From assembly GCA_902761275.1 (NCBI GenBank), contig CACWJS010000001.1, positions 11,477 to 75,476 of the forward strand: 64,000 bases of DNA, read 5' to 3'. The DNA is from an uncultured bacterium (GTDB taxonomy: Bacteria; Verrucomicrobiota; Kiritimatiellia; RFP12; UBA1067). A program made the position numbers and the translations under genes. Of this stretch, positions 63,954 to 64,000 are shown piece after piece (position 1 is the stretch's first letter; the number at the start of each line of letters is the position of its first letter). The notes under the pieces are model-generated. The model had not been told where the DNA came from and did no database searches. It saw only the letters and a program-made list of their open reading frames with translations.

Positions 63954-64000
63954 TGCGATGGTCTCGGTCCAGTTCGTGACGGCGAGCCACGCGGCACCGC

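Overview
This 64-kb window is high-GC bacterial chromosome (roughly 60-65% G+C by eye) with dense, mostly overlapping or translationally coupled genes. Every convincing CDS except one (a TonB-dependent receptor) lies on the minus strand.

Taxonomy (inference): the organism is probably in the PVC superphylum (Verrucomicrobiota, Kiritimatiellota or Lentisphaerota). Evidence: a chlamydia-style giant GreA, a histone-H1-tailed DksA, a Ser/Thr-kinase/ECF-sigma pair, and many signal-peptide 'MKK...' proteins.

Bases 1 to ~43,000 are largely housekeeping:
- Signalling and small modules: ECF sigma factor with Hanks kinase, secreted PTP, orphan vsr, and vapBC.
- Envelope and secretion: tatAC, pal, lspA, trkH, and a GspL/M/D-type secretin operon.
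- Proteolysis and RNA: a tricorn-like protease coupled to a C39-like lipoprotein, RNase R family, and miaA.
- Transcription factors: a DksA-like and a GreA-like protein.
- Metabolism and translation: Orn/Lys/Arg decarboxylase, thrC, ychF, argH, epmA, ymdB-like, hisS, pdxK, folE, and a TonB-dependent receptor.

Bases ~43,000 to 64,000 are an accessory region with five notable parts:
- Two visibly AT-rich, single-gene islands, judged by codon and sequence composition. One is a 635-aa orphan with a C-terminal coiled coil plus two TM helices. The other is a 742-aa split ABC/SMC-type ATPase with a degenerate Walker A and an unassigned C-terminal domain. Both are candidate horizontally acquired defence or abortive-infection genes.
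- The ATPase gene sits directly behind a duplicated ~165-bp promoter cassette that elsewhere drives a small secreted protein.
- A tandem pair of ~900-aa paralogous secreted Cys-rich proteins with small secreted partner genes.
- A 1688-aa RHS/YD-repeat polymorphic toxin with a short Cys-rich C-terminal toxin domain and an overlapping AT-rich putative immunity gene.
- A DUF1573-CcdA fusion.

Genome-wide sequence signatures visible here:
- Extended -10 elements (TGGTATAAT, seen as ATTATACCA on the plus strand) lie immediately upstream of start codons, so some mRNAs are likely leaderless.
- Several families of short intergenic repeats recur: (CGCAGAG)n, GACAGGATTTACAGGATT inverted-repeat elements, (CGTGTAGAA)3, and a 16-mer tandem.

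No rRNA, convincing tRNA, CRISPR array or transposase was found.
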